DNA from: Rhodospirillales bacterium
GTDB lineage: Bacteria > Pseudomonadota > Alphaproteobacteria > Rhodospirillales > 2-12-FULL-67-15
NCBI GenBank assembly: GCA_016872535.1
Contig: VGZQ01000001.1
Coordinates: 1-63,138, forward strand
Length of the DNA stretch: 63,138 nt
Direction: 5' to 3'
In this document: positions 27,102 to 35,766 of the stretch, in pieces
How the letters are laid out: each line of letters begins with the position of its first letter
Position numbering within the stretch: position 1 is the stretch's first letter
Program-made: the position numbers and the translations under genes
The notes under the pieces: generated by a model
The model's input: the letters and a program-made list of their open reading frames with translations, nothing else
Told to the model about the DNA's origin: nothing
Databases searched by the model: none

Positions 27102-27144
27102 GCGCAGTCGATAGTTAACCTCGGAAAATTGTGCTTTTGTGTTA

Positions 27145-27176
27145 TTGATGACTTCTATCAAATGATACGGTTATAA
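27145..27176. promoter_or_regulatory. second TCTATCAA site in the msm divergent region (TTGAT-N7-ATCAA overlapping TATCAA-N9-TTATAA)
   Basis: TTGATGACTTCTATCAAATGATACGGTTATAA starts 44 nt downstream of the end of copy B. Confidence 0.45.
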
Positions 27177-27520
27177 AGCTTTACAAATGGCGCGGATTGT
27201 TTTTCATAAGACCACCTAAAGAGCACCGACTGTGACGCTTTGGACGACGATCCAAGGACAAAGCAGACGAAAAAATTCGGTGCAACGGACAAGGTTTAGG
27301 GAGGATTTACCGGGAGACGCCGCGCGAATGGATCGCTGACATTTCCGCGACACAACCATCGGCACGCGAGTTCGGTTTAGCGGCCGGGCGGACTTTTGCC
27401 CGCCGGTCGAGCAACCCGCCGCCGTCCCGTTGGCGCAACCCGGATGAGCGCTTCGAATCGACCCCAAGATCAAGAAACTCGAGCGACAGGCTGACTTTTC
27501 ACCATCAAGGGAGACATGAC

Positions 27521-28657
27521 ATGAAGATGAGAATCGGAAGCATTGCTTTGTGCGCGGCGGTCGGGATCGGCCTTGCGGCCCAGCCCGCGTCCGCCGCCGT
27601 CGACTTCGGCAAGCCGGGAACGCCGGTGAAGCTGGTGGTCGGCTATCAGCCCTACTACACCCAGTCCTGGTCGGGCGTGGTGATGAACGGCAAGAAGTTC
27701 TGGGAAGCGCGGTTGCCGAAAGGCTCGACGGTCGAATTCCAGATCGGCCTCCAGGGCGCGATCATCGTCAACGCCATGACCGGCGAAAAACAACACATGG
27801 GCTATGTCGGCGACATGCCCGGCATCGCCGCCACCTTCCGCTATATCAAGGAGCGCGGCGGCACGGATATCCGCATCATCGGTTCGCTCGGCACCTCGAA
27901 GCAGCAGTGCAACGTCTTCTTCGTCCGCAACGACGCGCCGAAGTTCAAGAACGGCGTCGAGGCGGTCAAGTGGATGGACGGCAAGGTCACGTCGTCCCCG
28001 CACGGCAGCTGCACCGACCGCTTCGCCCGGCTCGCCTTCCAGAAGGCCGGAATCAAGCCGGACAAGTATCTCAACCAGAACATCGAGGTGATCACCACCA
28101 ACTTCCGCGCCGGCAAGCTCGACGCGGCGGTAATCTGGGAGCCGACCGCCTCCAAGCTTGAGCTCGAAGGGATCGCCCGGCGCGCGGCGAGCGGCGAGGA
28201 CTTCGACGCCCTCGACGGCGGCTTCCTGATCGCGCTCAACGACCTGATCCAGCAGCGGCCCGACGTCATCCGCGCCTGGATGGAAGCGGAGCTCGACGCG
28301 CAGCTATTCCTGCTCGACCCGAAGAACGCGGGCGAGGTCGCCACGATGGCCCAGCAGCAGACCGAAAAGATCGACCGCAAGATCCTGTGGGCTTCGCTTT
28401 ACGGCGAATACCCGAAAGATGTCGGCGGCGGCGAGGTCAAGAACCAGCTCGAGTACATCGTTAACGACCGCGTGCGCAAGCTGCTCGACGACGCGACCGC
28501 GTTCCTTTACAGCCTGGACGCGAAGCCGGCGGCTGCGGAAAAGGTTCGCCCCGAAGCGGTCGCCGACCAGACCGCGCGCGAAGTTTTGAAGGCGCGCAAT
28601 CTGTCGAGCCCGCTCGGCGTGATCAAGGCCCAGCCGATATCGGCCTTTAAGCCGTAA
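27521..28657 (+). CDS. msmE: ABC transporter periplasmic substrate-binding protein (NitT/TauT family), MsmE-like
   Basis: Signal peptide MKMRIGSIALCAAVGIGLAAQPASA. 378 aa SBP. First gene of the importer operon divergent from msmABCD. Confidence 0.7.
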   Translation: MKMRIGSIALCAAVGIGLAAQPASAAVDFGKPGTPVKLVVGYQPYYTQSWSGVVMNGKKFWEARLPKGSTVEFQIGLQGAIIVNAMTGEKQHMGYVGDMPGIAATFRYIKERGGTDIRIIGSLGTSKQQCNVFFVRNDAPKFKNGVEAVKWMDGKVTSSPHGSCTDRFARLAFQKAGIKPDKYLNQNIEVITTNFRAGKLDAAVIWEPTASKLELEGIARRAASGEDFDALDGGFLIALNDLIQQRPDVIRAWMEAELDAQLFLLDPKNAGEVATMAQQQTEKIDRKILWASLYGEYPKDVGGGEVKNQLEYIVNDRVRKLLDDATAFLYSLDAKPAAAEKVRPEAVADQTAREVLKARNLSSPLGVIKAQPISAFKP

Positions 28658-28808
28658 GTCGGGCGTCGGAATGCGCGGCTCCGGGATACATGTCCCGGAG
28701 CCGCCGCTCCGAACGGGACTTTCGCTAAAACCACCGGATGTTTCAGCGCGACCGCGCGGCGGCACCGGTCAACGACAGTAACGAGAACCAAGGACGGCTC
28801 CGAATACG

Positions 28809-29717
28809 ATGAGCGGTGACGGAATCACGAGCGCCATGCCCAATCCCGGGACCGTCGAGGGCGGACGGATGCAGGCCCCAACCGGATTGGCCCTGTTTCG
28901 CTACCACATGAACAAGAAACTGCGTTCGCCGGCGCCGTACCTGATGGTGCTCGGCCTCGGCACGTGGGTGCTGCTCTACTGGCTGTTCTGCGAGGTGTGG
29001 AGGCTGCCGCGCTTCGAGAAAATGCCCGGTCCCGTCGCGCTCGTCCGCGATTGGCTGTCGCCGCATCCGTTCCAAGGCATCTCGATCTATACCGAGGTCT
29101 ATTACACCCATATCTGGGTCAGCGTGCGGCGGATCATGATCGCATTCGCCATCGCCACCGTGATCGGCGTGCCGCTCGGCCTTCTCATGGGCTGGTCGCG
29201 GCGTTTCAAGGACTACACGTTCCCGATCCTGGAAACCTTGCGGCCGATCCCGATTCTCGCCTGGGTGCCGCTCGCCATCCTCATGTTCAAGGGTCTGGAA
29301 ACCCCGGTGATCTTCCTCGCCACGCTGGCGTCGCTGTTCGTCACCGTGCTGAACACGCTGCTCGGCGTCGAATCGATCGACGAAGCCTACTTCCGCGCCG
29401 CCGGGTGCCTCGGTTCCAAGCCAAGGCAAGTCTTCTGGCACGTGGTGGTGCCCGGATCGCTGCCGTTCATTTTCACCGGCCTGCAGATCAGCATGGGCGT
29501 CGCCTGGTTCTCGCTGGTCGCGGCCGAGATGGTGTCGGGCGACTACGGCCTCGGCTACATGATCCTGTCGTCCTACGTCAACAGCGTCACGGTGCCGATG
29601 GTGATCGGCATGCTGACGCTCGGCTTCGTCGGCTGGTTCACCTCGGCCTTGGTGCGCATGACCGGCAATCGCCTGATGCAATGGCGGACGCGCGCGCTGG
29701 CGCTGGAGGGCCGATGA
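28809..29717 (+). CDS. msmF: ABC transporter permease (NitT/TauT family), MsmF-like
   Basis: 6-TM permease with an EAA-like loop (IDEAYFRAAGCLGSKPRQVFWHVVVPG). The exact start is uncertain. Confidence 0.7.
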   Translation: MSGDGITSAMPNPGTVEGGRMQAPTGLALFRYHMNKKLRSPAPYLMVLGLGTWVLLYWLFCEVWRLPRFEKMPGPVALVRDWLSPHPFQGISIYTEVYYTHIWVSVRRIMIAFAIATVIGVPLGLLMGWSRRFKDYTFPILETLRPIPILAWVPLAILMFKGLETPVIFLATLASLFVTVLNTLLGVESIDEAYFRAAGCLGSKPRQVFWHVVVPGSLPFIFTGLQISMGVAWFSLVAAEMVSGDYGLGYMILSSYVNSVTVPMVIGMLTLGFVGWFTSALVRMTGNRLMQWRTRALALEGR

Positions 29718-30598
29718 GCGCCATGACCGCGACGACGGCCGTTCACGGCGCCGCCGCGCCCGCCGCGCACCGCGGCGGCAAGGGCGCGATCAGCATCAAG
29801 AACGTGACCAAGATCTACGATCCCGGCGGCGTCAACGTGATCGCCGTCGACAACTGCTCGCTCGAGATCGCGTCCGGCGAGATTTGCATGATCGTCGGCC
29901 CCTCGGGGTGCGGCAAGACCACGCTTTTGAACGCCATCGCCGGTTTCCACTCGATCACCACGGGGACCATCCATCTCGACGGCGAGCTGCTGTGCGGCCC
30001 CGACAAACCCAAGGCCGAGCAGGGCGCCGACCGCATCGTCGTCTTCCAGAACGGCGCGCTGTTCCCCTGGAAGACGATCCTCGATAACGTCGCCTACGGA
30101 CCCATCATCCAGGGCCGGCTTTCCCGCGCCGAGGCCCGCGACAAGGCCGCGCACATGCTGGCCGAGGCCGGGCTGCACGACGTCGGCGACAAGTATCCGG
30201 GCGAAGTGTCCTCGGGCATGGCCCGGCGGGCGGAGATCGTGCGCGCGCTGATCAACGACCCCAAGGTGCTACTGCTCGACGAGCCCTATCGGGCGATGGA
30301 CGCGCTCACCAAGTCGATCATGCACGAGGCGCTGCTCGAGATGTACGACCGGACCAAGGTCACGATTTTCTTCATCACCCACGATCTCGAGGAATCGATC
30401 TTCCTCGGCGATCGGGTGGTGGTGATGACCACCCGGCCGGCCAAGGTCAAGCAGATCGTCGACGTGAAGATTCCGCGGCCGCGCGACTACAAGATCCTCA
30501 GCTCGGACGAATTCCGCCAGTTGTTCGAGCAAGCCAAGGGCGCGGTCCACGAGGAAGCCATCAAGGCCTTCGAGGCCGGCGAGCGCGAGCTCGCCTGA
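29714..30598 (+). CDS. msmG: ABC transporter ATP-binding protein, MsmG-like
   Basis: Walker A GPSGCGKTT, signature VSSGMARR, Walker B LLLDEP. The ATGA start overlaps the permease stop. Confidence 0.8.
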   Translation: MSAMTATTAVHGAAAPAAHRGGKGAISIKNVTKIYDPGGVNVIAVDNCSLEIASGEICMIVGPSGCGKTTLLNAIAGFHSITTGTIHLDGELLCGPDKPKAEQGADRIVVFQNGALFPWKTILDNVAYGPIIQGRLSRAEARDKAAHMLAEAGLHDVGDKYPGEVSSGMARRAEIVRALINDPKVLLLDEPYRAMDALTKSIMHEALLEMYDRTKVTIFFITHDLEESIFLGDRVVVMTTRPAKVKQIVDVKIPRPRDYKILSSDEFRQLFEQAKGAVHEEAIKAFEAGERELA

Positions 30599-30619
30599 AC
30601 GAACAACGGGAACGATTCC

Positions 30620-31468
30620 ATGGCCGTCGCCTCTTCATCCCCTTCGTCCGGTTCCTCCCGGTTTTCGCTCCGCGGCATGTTCGCCAGCCCTGTGTTCTGG
30701 CGCGGGATCGTCGCGATCGCGGTCGCGCTCGCGTTCTGGGAGCTGTGCTCCCGCTCCAAACAGATGTTCGGATTCCAGGTGCCGTGGATCGGCATGGTCC
30801 CGCCGCCGACCGCGGTGGTCACGGCCTGGGCCGGCGTCGTCACCGAGCTCGGCTATTGGCAAAGCTGGTATCTGAGCATCAATCGCGTGCTTGCCGGCTT
30901 CATCGCCGCGCAAATCGTCGGCATACCGTTCGGTCTCGCGCTCGCGGTCAACCGCTATTTCCGCGATATCTTCTTCCCGCCGTTCGAAATCCTGCGCCCG
31001 ATCCCGCCGCTCGCCTGGGTGCCGGCGTCCCTGATCTTCTGGCCGACCAACGAAATGTCGATCGCGTTCGTGACCTTCCTCGGCGCGTTCTACACCATCG
31101 TCATCAACGTGCTCGGCGGCGCGCGCACCATCAACATTCAGTACCTGCGCGCGGCGCAATCGATGGGCGCGACCCAATGGCATCTGTTCTGGAAGATCAT
31201 CCTGCCGGGCACGCTGCCCTCGATCTTCACCGGCGCGGCGGTCGGCATGGGCATCACCTGGGAAGTGGTGGTGGCCGCCGAGATGATTTCGGGCGGCGGC
31301 ACCCAGGCCGGCGGCGGGCTCGGTTTCTTCATCTGGAATTCCTACATGGGCGGATCGCTCGAGCAGATCGTGGTCGGCATGATCTCGATCGGCATCGCCG
31401 GTTATCTCTGCTCGAGCGCGATCCGTTATCTCGGCTTCGCGGCCATGCCCTGGCGGCGGTTGTTCTAG
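30620..31468 (+). CDS. msmH: ABC transporter permease (second), MsmH-like
   Basis: 282 aa permease with an EAA-like loop (INIQYLRAAQSMGATQWHLFWKIILPG). Confidence 0.7.
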   Translation: MAVASSSPSSGSSRFSLRGMFASPVFWRGIVAIAVALAFWELCSRSKQMFGFQVPWIGMVPPPTAVVTAWAGVVTELGYWQSWYLSINRVLAGFIAAQIVGIPFGLALAVNRYFRDIFFPPFEILRPIPPLAWVPASLIFWPTNEMSIAFVTFLGAFYTIVINVLGGARTINIQYLRAAQSMGATQWHLFWKIILPGTLPSIFTGAAVGMGITWEVVVAAEMISGGGTQAGGGLGFFIWNSYMGGSLEQIVVGMISIGIAGYLCSSAIRYLGFAAMPWRRLF

Positions 31469-31478
31469 GACGGGAATT

Positions 31479-32354
31479 GTGGCCATGAACATGACGTCAC
31501 CGGCGACCGGCTTGGGCGCAATCCCCAGGGTCAACGTCGAGATCCGCGGTCTCAGCAAGGCCTACGGCGAAGCCTGGGAAGTCCAGCAGGTCATCGCCGA
31601 CCTCGATCTCGACGTTTCGGCGGGGCAACTCACCGTGGTGATCGGTCCCTCGGGCTGCGGCAAATCCACGCTGGTCAATCTGATCGCCGGCTTCGAGCAG
31701 CCCGATTCGGGCACCATCAAGATCGACGGCGTGCCCGCCGGCGGTCCCGGGCGCGACCGCATGGTCGTGTTTCAGGAAACCGCCCTGATGCCCTGGCTGA
31801 CGGTGCGCCAGAACGTCAGTTTCGGACCGAAGCTGCGCGGCGACATGGACCGGGCGACGCTCAGAGCCGAAGCCGACCGGCTGATCGAGAAGGTCGGTCT
31901 CGGCGAATTCAAGGATAAATACCCGCTTCAGCTGTCGGGCGGCATGCAGCGGCGCGCCGAACTGGCCCGCGCCATGATGAACCAACCGAAGCTGATGATC
32001 ATGGACGAGCCGTTCCGCGGGCTCGACGCCATGTCGCGCGAGCTGATGCAGGAATTCTTCCTCAAGCTGTTCGAGGAAAACCGGCGCACCAACCTGTTCG
32101 TCACGTCCGAGATCGACGAGGCCATCTTCCTCGCCGATCGGTTGGTGGTGCTCTCCAATCGCCCGGCGACGGTGCGTCGCGTGATCCCGATCGAACTTCC
32201 CAGGCCGCGCACCTACGACATGCTGGGCAGCGCCCAGGCGTACGAATACAAGCGCGAGGCCCTCGACATCCTGCACCAGGAAGCGATGAAAAGCTTCAAG
32301 AAGGGCAGCGGCCAGAGCGACTTTCTCGAGGCTTACGCCAAGCGGGTTCAGTAG
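31479..32354 (+). CDS. second ABC transporter ATP-binding protein of the same operon
   Basis: Walker A GPSGCGKST, signature LSGGMQRR, Walker B MIMDEP. Paralogue of the ATPase at 29714. The published msmEFGH has one ATPase. Confidence 0.8.
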   Translation: MAMNMTSPATGLGAIPRVNVEIRGLSKAYGEAWEVQQVIADLDLDVSAGQLTVVIGPSGCGKSTLVNLIAGFEQPDSGTIKIDGVPAGGPGRDRMVVFQETALMPWLTVRQNVSFGPKLRGDMDRATLRAEADRLIEKVGLGEFKDKYPLQLSGGMQRRAELARAMMNQPKLMIMDEPFRGLDAMSRELMQEFFLKLFEENRRTNLFVTSEIDEAIFLADRLVVLSNRPATVRRVIPIELPRPRTYDMLGSAQAYEYKREALDILHQEAMKSFKKGSGQSDFLEAYAKRVQ

Positions 32355-32363
32355 GGATCGCCC

Positions 32364-32567
32364 TTGGAGCTTCTCGGCCTGGTTGCCAGCCGGCCCGTGG
32401 TGATCGCGCTGGCCGTGACCGGCGCGATCGTCGCCACGGTCGGAAGCTGGCTCATGCGCAACCCGGGCCGGTTTGGCGCGCGCGGCGCGCGCCTGGTGTT
32501 GCGGATCGGCTACGGCATCACCGGCGTGAGCGTGTTTCTGTTCATCGTTGCCGGATTCATGGCGTAA
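32364..32567 (+). CDS. small 2-TM membrane protein (67 aa; TTG start in the track)
   Basis: Strong GC3 codon bias and two hydrophobic helices. It starts 9 nt after the ATPase stop. Confidence 0.45.
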   Translation: MELLGLVASRPVVIALAVTGAIVATVGSWLMRNPGRFGARGARLVLRIGYGITGVSVFLFIVAGFMA

Positions 32568-32577
32568 GGGCGCGTCC

Positions 32578-33546
32578 TCAGACGCCCTTGGCCTGCGTCC
32601 GCCGGGTTTCCGCGGGCGCGCTTGTGCCGCTATTGCCGGTCAATTGTTCGGCCAGAGCGCCGGTCTTAATGGCTTCCTTCATCAATTCGACCATGGCGTT
32701 GGTCATCGGCCGCATCGGCTGTGCGTCGACCCAGACCAGTCCGACGTTTTGCACCACCTGCGGCTTCTCCAGCGCAATCAAGCGCGTGCGCGGGAAAGGC
32801 CCGATGAAATGCTGGAAGTGACTGGGAATAATCGTGGCGAGGTCGCCCTGCATGACGTGGAACACGAGATTCAGGATCGATTCCGATTCGAGCCTGGGTT
32901 TGGGCGTGACTCCGCATTTAGTGAACGCCTTGTTCATCGCCTGGCGTTCGTGGGTCGACGGCGACAGCAGGCAGAGCGGCAGGCCGGCGGCTTCCGCCCA
33001 GGCCATCGACGAGCGATTGCCCGCCCAGCCGCGATCGGGGATCAGGAGCGCAAATTCTTCCTCGTAGAGCGGAAGCGTCTTGAGGCGCCCGAGCGGCTGT
33101 TCCCCGAGATAGGTGACGCCGATGTCGAAATAGGAATTGATCAATCCGTCGATCATCTTGTCGAGACCGATGAAGTGGGTCTCGATCTGAACGCCGGGGT
33201 AGCGCACGAAGAACAGCCGGTCGATCATCGGCAGCACCGGGGAACTCATCGGCATCGCGCCGATGCGGATGCGTCCCTCGAGATTGCGGTGCATCAGGGC
33301 GAGCTCCATCAGCATCGCGTCGCGGTCGGCGAGAATGCGCTTGCCCCATTCGAGCACGCGCTTGCCTTCCTCGGTCAGCCCGCTGAAGCGTTGATGGCGC
33401 AACACGATCGGGATGCCGAGTTCCTGCTCAAGTTGCTTGACCGCGCTCGATAAGCTAGGCTGCGAAACGTTGCAGCGCTGCGCGGCCCGCCCGAAATTCT
33501 TCTCCTCGGCGAGAGTGGCCAGGTACTGGAACTGCCGCAGGAACAT
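32578..33546 (-). CDS. LysR-family transcriptional regulator
   Basis: MFLRQFQYLATLAEEKNFGRAAQRCNVSQPSLSSAVKQLEQELG wHTH. 322 aa, divergent from the TauE/GcvT-like genes. Confidence 0.9.
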   Translation of the reverse strand: MFLRQFQYLATLAEEKNFGRAAQRCNVSQPSLSSAVKQLEQELGIPIVLRHQRFSGLTEEGKRVLEWGKRILADRDAMLMELALMHRNLEGRIRIGAMPMSSPVLPMIDRLFFVRYPGVQIETHFIGLDKMIDGLINSYFDIGVTYLGEQPLGRLKTLPLYEEEFALLIPDRGWAGNRSSMAWAEAAGLPLCLLSPSTHERQAMNKAFTKCGVTPKPRLESESILNLVFHVMQGDLATIIPSHFQHFIGPFPRTRLIALEKPQVVQNVGLVWVDAQPMRPMTNAMVELMKEAIKTGALAEQLTGNSGTSAPAETRRTQAKGV

Positions 33547-33612
33547 GACGATTCAACCCGACGGACGGGCCTCCCTGTTGTTCGGTTTGCGCGTGCGCGC
33601 GCCCAGGCGCGC

Positions 33613-34383
33613 ATGATCCCGGTGCTCGGAATGTCGGTGCTTGGCGCGGCCGGCCTCGCGGGCGCCGTGCTTTTCGTCGGCGTGTTGATCGGCGCGACCG
33701 GTATCGGTGGCGTGCTGTTGGTGCCGACGCTCACCTTTCTCGGCGACGTGCCCGTTCACCTGGCCGTCGCCAGCTGCAATTTCAGCTATCTGTTCACCGG
33801 CTTGGTCGGTACCGCGCTCTATGCCCGCAAGGGCTCGATTTCGTGGGACATGGGCCTGTGGCTCGCCCTCGGCGCCATGCCCGGCGCCTATCTCGGCGCA
33901 TTCATTCTGCCGCACGTGCCGGGCAACGTACTGCTCGCGCTGATCGCGCTCCTGATCGTGTTTTCCGGACTCAACGCCGTTCTCCGCGCCGAAGACGGCG
34001 CATCGACGCGCGAAACGCTGAACAGGAGCGCGCTGGCGGCGATCGGCGTCGTGGTCGGGGTCGGCTCCGCGCTTTCGGGTACGGGCGGGCCGCTCGTGCT
34101 GGTGCCGATTCTGCTGTGGCTCAAGATGCCGGCGATCGTCGCCATCGGGCTCAGCCAGACCGTCATGGTGCCGATTGCGCTGTTCGCCACCGCCGGCAAC
34201 GTGATTCACGGACGCGTCGATTTCGTGCTCGGCGGCGCGCTCGCCGCGATCATGATGATCGGCGCGTTCGCGGGCGCCGATATCAGCCATCGGCTTCCCG
34301 CCGCTCAGTTGAAACGGGTGGTGGCGGTCCTGCTGATCGGGGTCGGCGCGATGATGCTGGCCCGGATCGGCATCGGCGCCTGA
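33613..34383 (+). CDS. TauE/SafE-family sulfite exporter-like membrane protein (second copy)
   Basis: 256 aa, about 8 TM, with the internal repeat G.GGV/G.GGP typical of TauE/SafE. Confidence 0.75.
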   Translation: MIPVLGMSVLGAAGLAGAVLFVGVLIGATGIGGVLLVPTLTFLGDVPVHLAVASCNFSYLFTGLVGTALYARKGSISWDMGLWLALGAMPGAYLGAFILPHVPGNVLLALIALLIVFSGLNAVLRAEDGASTRETLNRSALAAIGVVVGVGSALSGTGGPLVLVPILLWLKMPAIVAIGLSQTVMVPIALFATAGNVIHGRVDFVLGGALAAIMMIGAFAGADISHRLPAAQLKRVVAVLLIGVGAMMLARIGIGA

Positions 34384-34398
34384 GGGGAGGCCGCGACG

Positions 34399-35427
34399 AT
34401 GGCCTTCGACATCGCGAACGTGATTCCGGATTTCGGCGACGTCGAAGGCGAAGCGCGCGCCGTGCGCGAAAGCGCGGCCTTGTTCGATTTCTCGTTCATC
34501 GCCCGCGGGCGCGTCACCGGCCGCAACGCCGTCGCCATCCTGGAGCGCTTTCAGCCGCGCCCCGTCGGCGACATGGCGGCGGGAGCGATTCGTTACGCCC
34601 TCCGCCTCGGCGCGGGCGGGGCGGTCGAGGCCGACCTCACCCTCTGGCGGCTCGACGACCATGCCTTCGAGGTGATGAGCGGCCGCCGCCGGGACATCGC
34701 CGCGCTGATCGCGCTCGCCGGCGACGGCGCGCAGGTCGAGGACTTGAGCGACTCGAATGCCATTTTCGCCGTGCAGGGGCCGGGCTCCCTCGATGCGCTT
34801 GCGCCCCTTGGCGAGCGGGAGCGCCTGGCGGCCATTCCCTATTTCGGCCACGCCGAAGCGATCGTCGCGGGCATACCCTGCCGGGTCGGACGGCTCGGCT
34901 ATACCGGCGAAAAAGGATTCGAGATCGTCGCCGACAAGGCCGCTGCCGCGCGACTGCGCGCGGCTCTGGCCCAACGCGCGCGCCCGGCGGGTTTCGCCGC
35001 CGCCGACATTCTGCGCATCGAGGCGGGGTTCATGTTGTTCGTCAACGAGTGCCGCCTGGGGGCGGACGCGGCCGCGCTCGGCCTCGAACGCCTTGCGCCC
35101 CATACCTCCGGCGGATCGCCGCTCCGCCTGGTCGCCTTCACGGCGGAACCTGAGCCGGTCCGATCTCCCTGGCAACCCGAGGAGCTTTATCCTCCGGAGC
35201 GGGGCGAGATCGCCGTCACCTCGGCCTGCACCAGCGTCGCGCTCGAAGAGCGGACGATCGGGCTCGGATTTGTCCACGTCGCCGACGCCGCACCGGGCAC
35301 GCGGGTTCGCGACCGCACGCGCCGGTTCGACCACGTTCGCGTCGAACGGATACCGCTTTACGATCCCGCCAAACAACGACCGCGCGGCCCATGGCCGCCG
35401 CCAGCCGCAACCGGGACCAGTCCCTAG
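34399..35427 (+). CDS. GcvT-family folate-binding aminomethyltransferase-like protein
   Basis: FDFSFIARGRVTG..A...L......GDMAAGAIRYA, plus GYTGEKGFEI and RIEAG, match the aminomethyltransferase (GCV_T) fold. 342 aa. Confidence 0.7.
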   Translation: MAFDIANVIPDFGDVEGEARAVRESAALFDFSFIARGRVTGRNAVAILERFQPRPVGDMAAGAIRYALRLGAGGAVEADLTLWRLDDHAFEVMSGRRRDIAALIALAGDGAQVEDLSDSNAIFAVQGPGSLDALAPLGERERLAAIPYFGHAEAIVAGIPCRVGRLGYTGEKGFEIVADKAAAARLRAALAQRARPAGFAAADILRIEAGFMLFVNECRLGADAAALGLERLAPHTSGGSPLRLVAFTAEPEPVRSPWQPEELYPPERGEIAVTSACTSVALEERTIGLGFVHVADAAPGTRVRDRTRRFDHVRVERIPLYDPAKQRPRGPWPPPAATGTSP

Positions 35428-35486
35428 GCTGAGCCCAGGCATGGCGCTCCCCCTCTCTAGGTTTCCGCCTGAATTCATATTAGCGT

Positions 35487-35507
35487 TTGATTGTGGACGT
35501 CTATCAA
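35487..35507. promoter_or_regulatory. TTGAT-N11-ATCAA dyad containing TCTATCAA, upstream of the panB-like/fhs genes
   Basis: TTGATTGTGGACGTCTATCAA lies in an AT-rich island 260 nt upstream of the ATG at 35767. Confidence 0.5.
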
Positions 35508-35766
35508 AATTCGCTTAACTGATGTTTTCGTTATCAACTCATAAATGATACCATTTTGACAAGCATTCTCATAAACACGTAGAAATCCTAGGAAAATCAA
35601 TCTAATTCGTTCCAGGTGGGGGATAAGTCCAGCCGACCAGCGATAAACGGGTTATGTCCATTCCCCTTGGACGATAGCCGCCCTTTCAGCTTCCACCGAC
35701 CGGCCCTTTGTTTCCGCCGGACCCGGATCCCACAACCGAGCAACAACCCGACAGGGAGAAAGACCC

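Noticed and set aside
22648-27161. Reading the TTGAT/ATCAA half-sites as canonical Fnr/Crp boxes bound by the adjacent cNMP-domain protein.
   Set aside because: The spacings are N7, N9 and N11, not the canonical TTGAT-N4-ATCAA. The neighbouring cNMP-binding protein also has no DNA-binding domain. I kept these sites as an unassigned operator motif instead.
27216-27473. 85-aa ORF on the minus strand inside the msmA-msmE divergent region.
   Set aside because: It has no third-position GC bias, a random-looking composition and no start context. It lies in what is more likely the long 5' leader of msmE.
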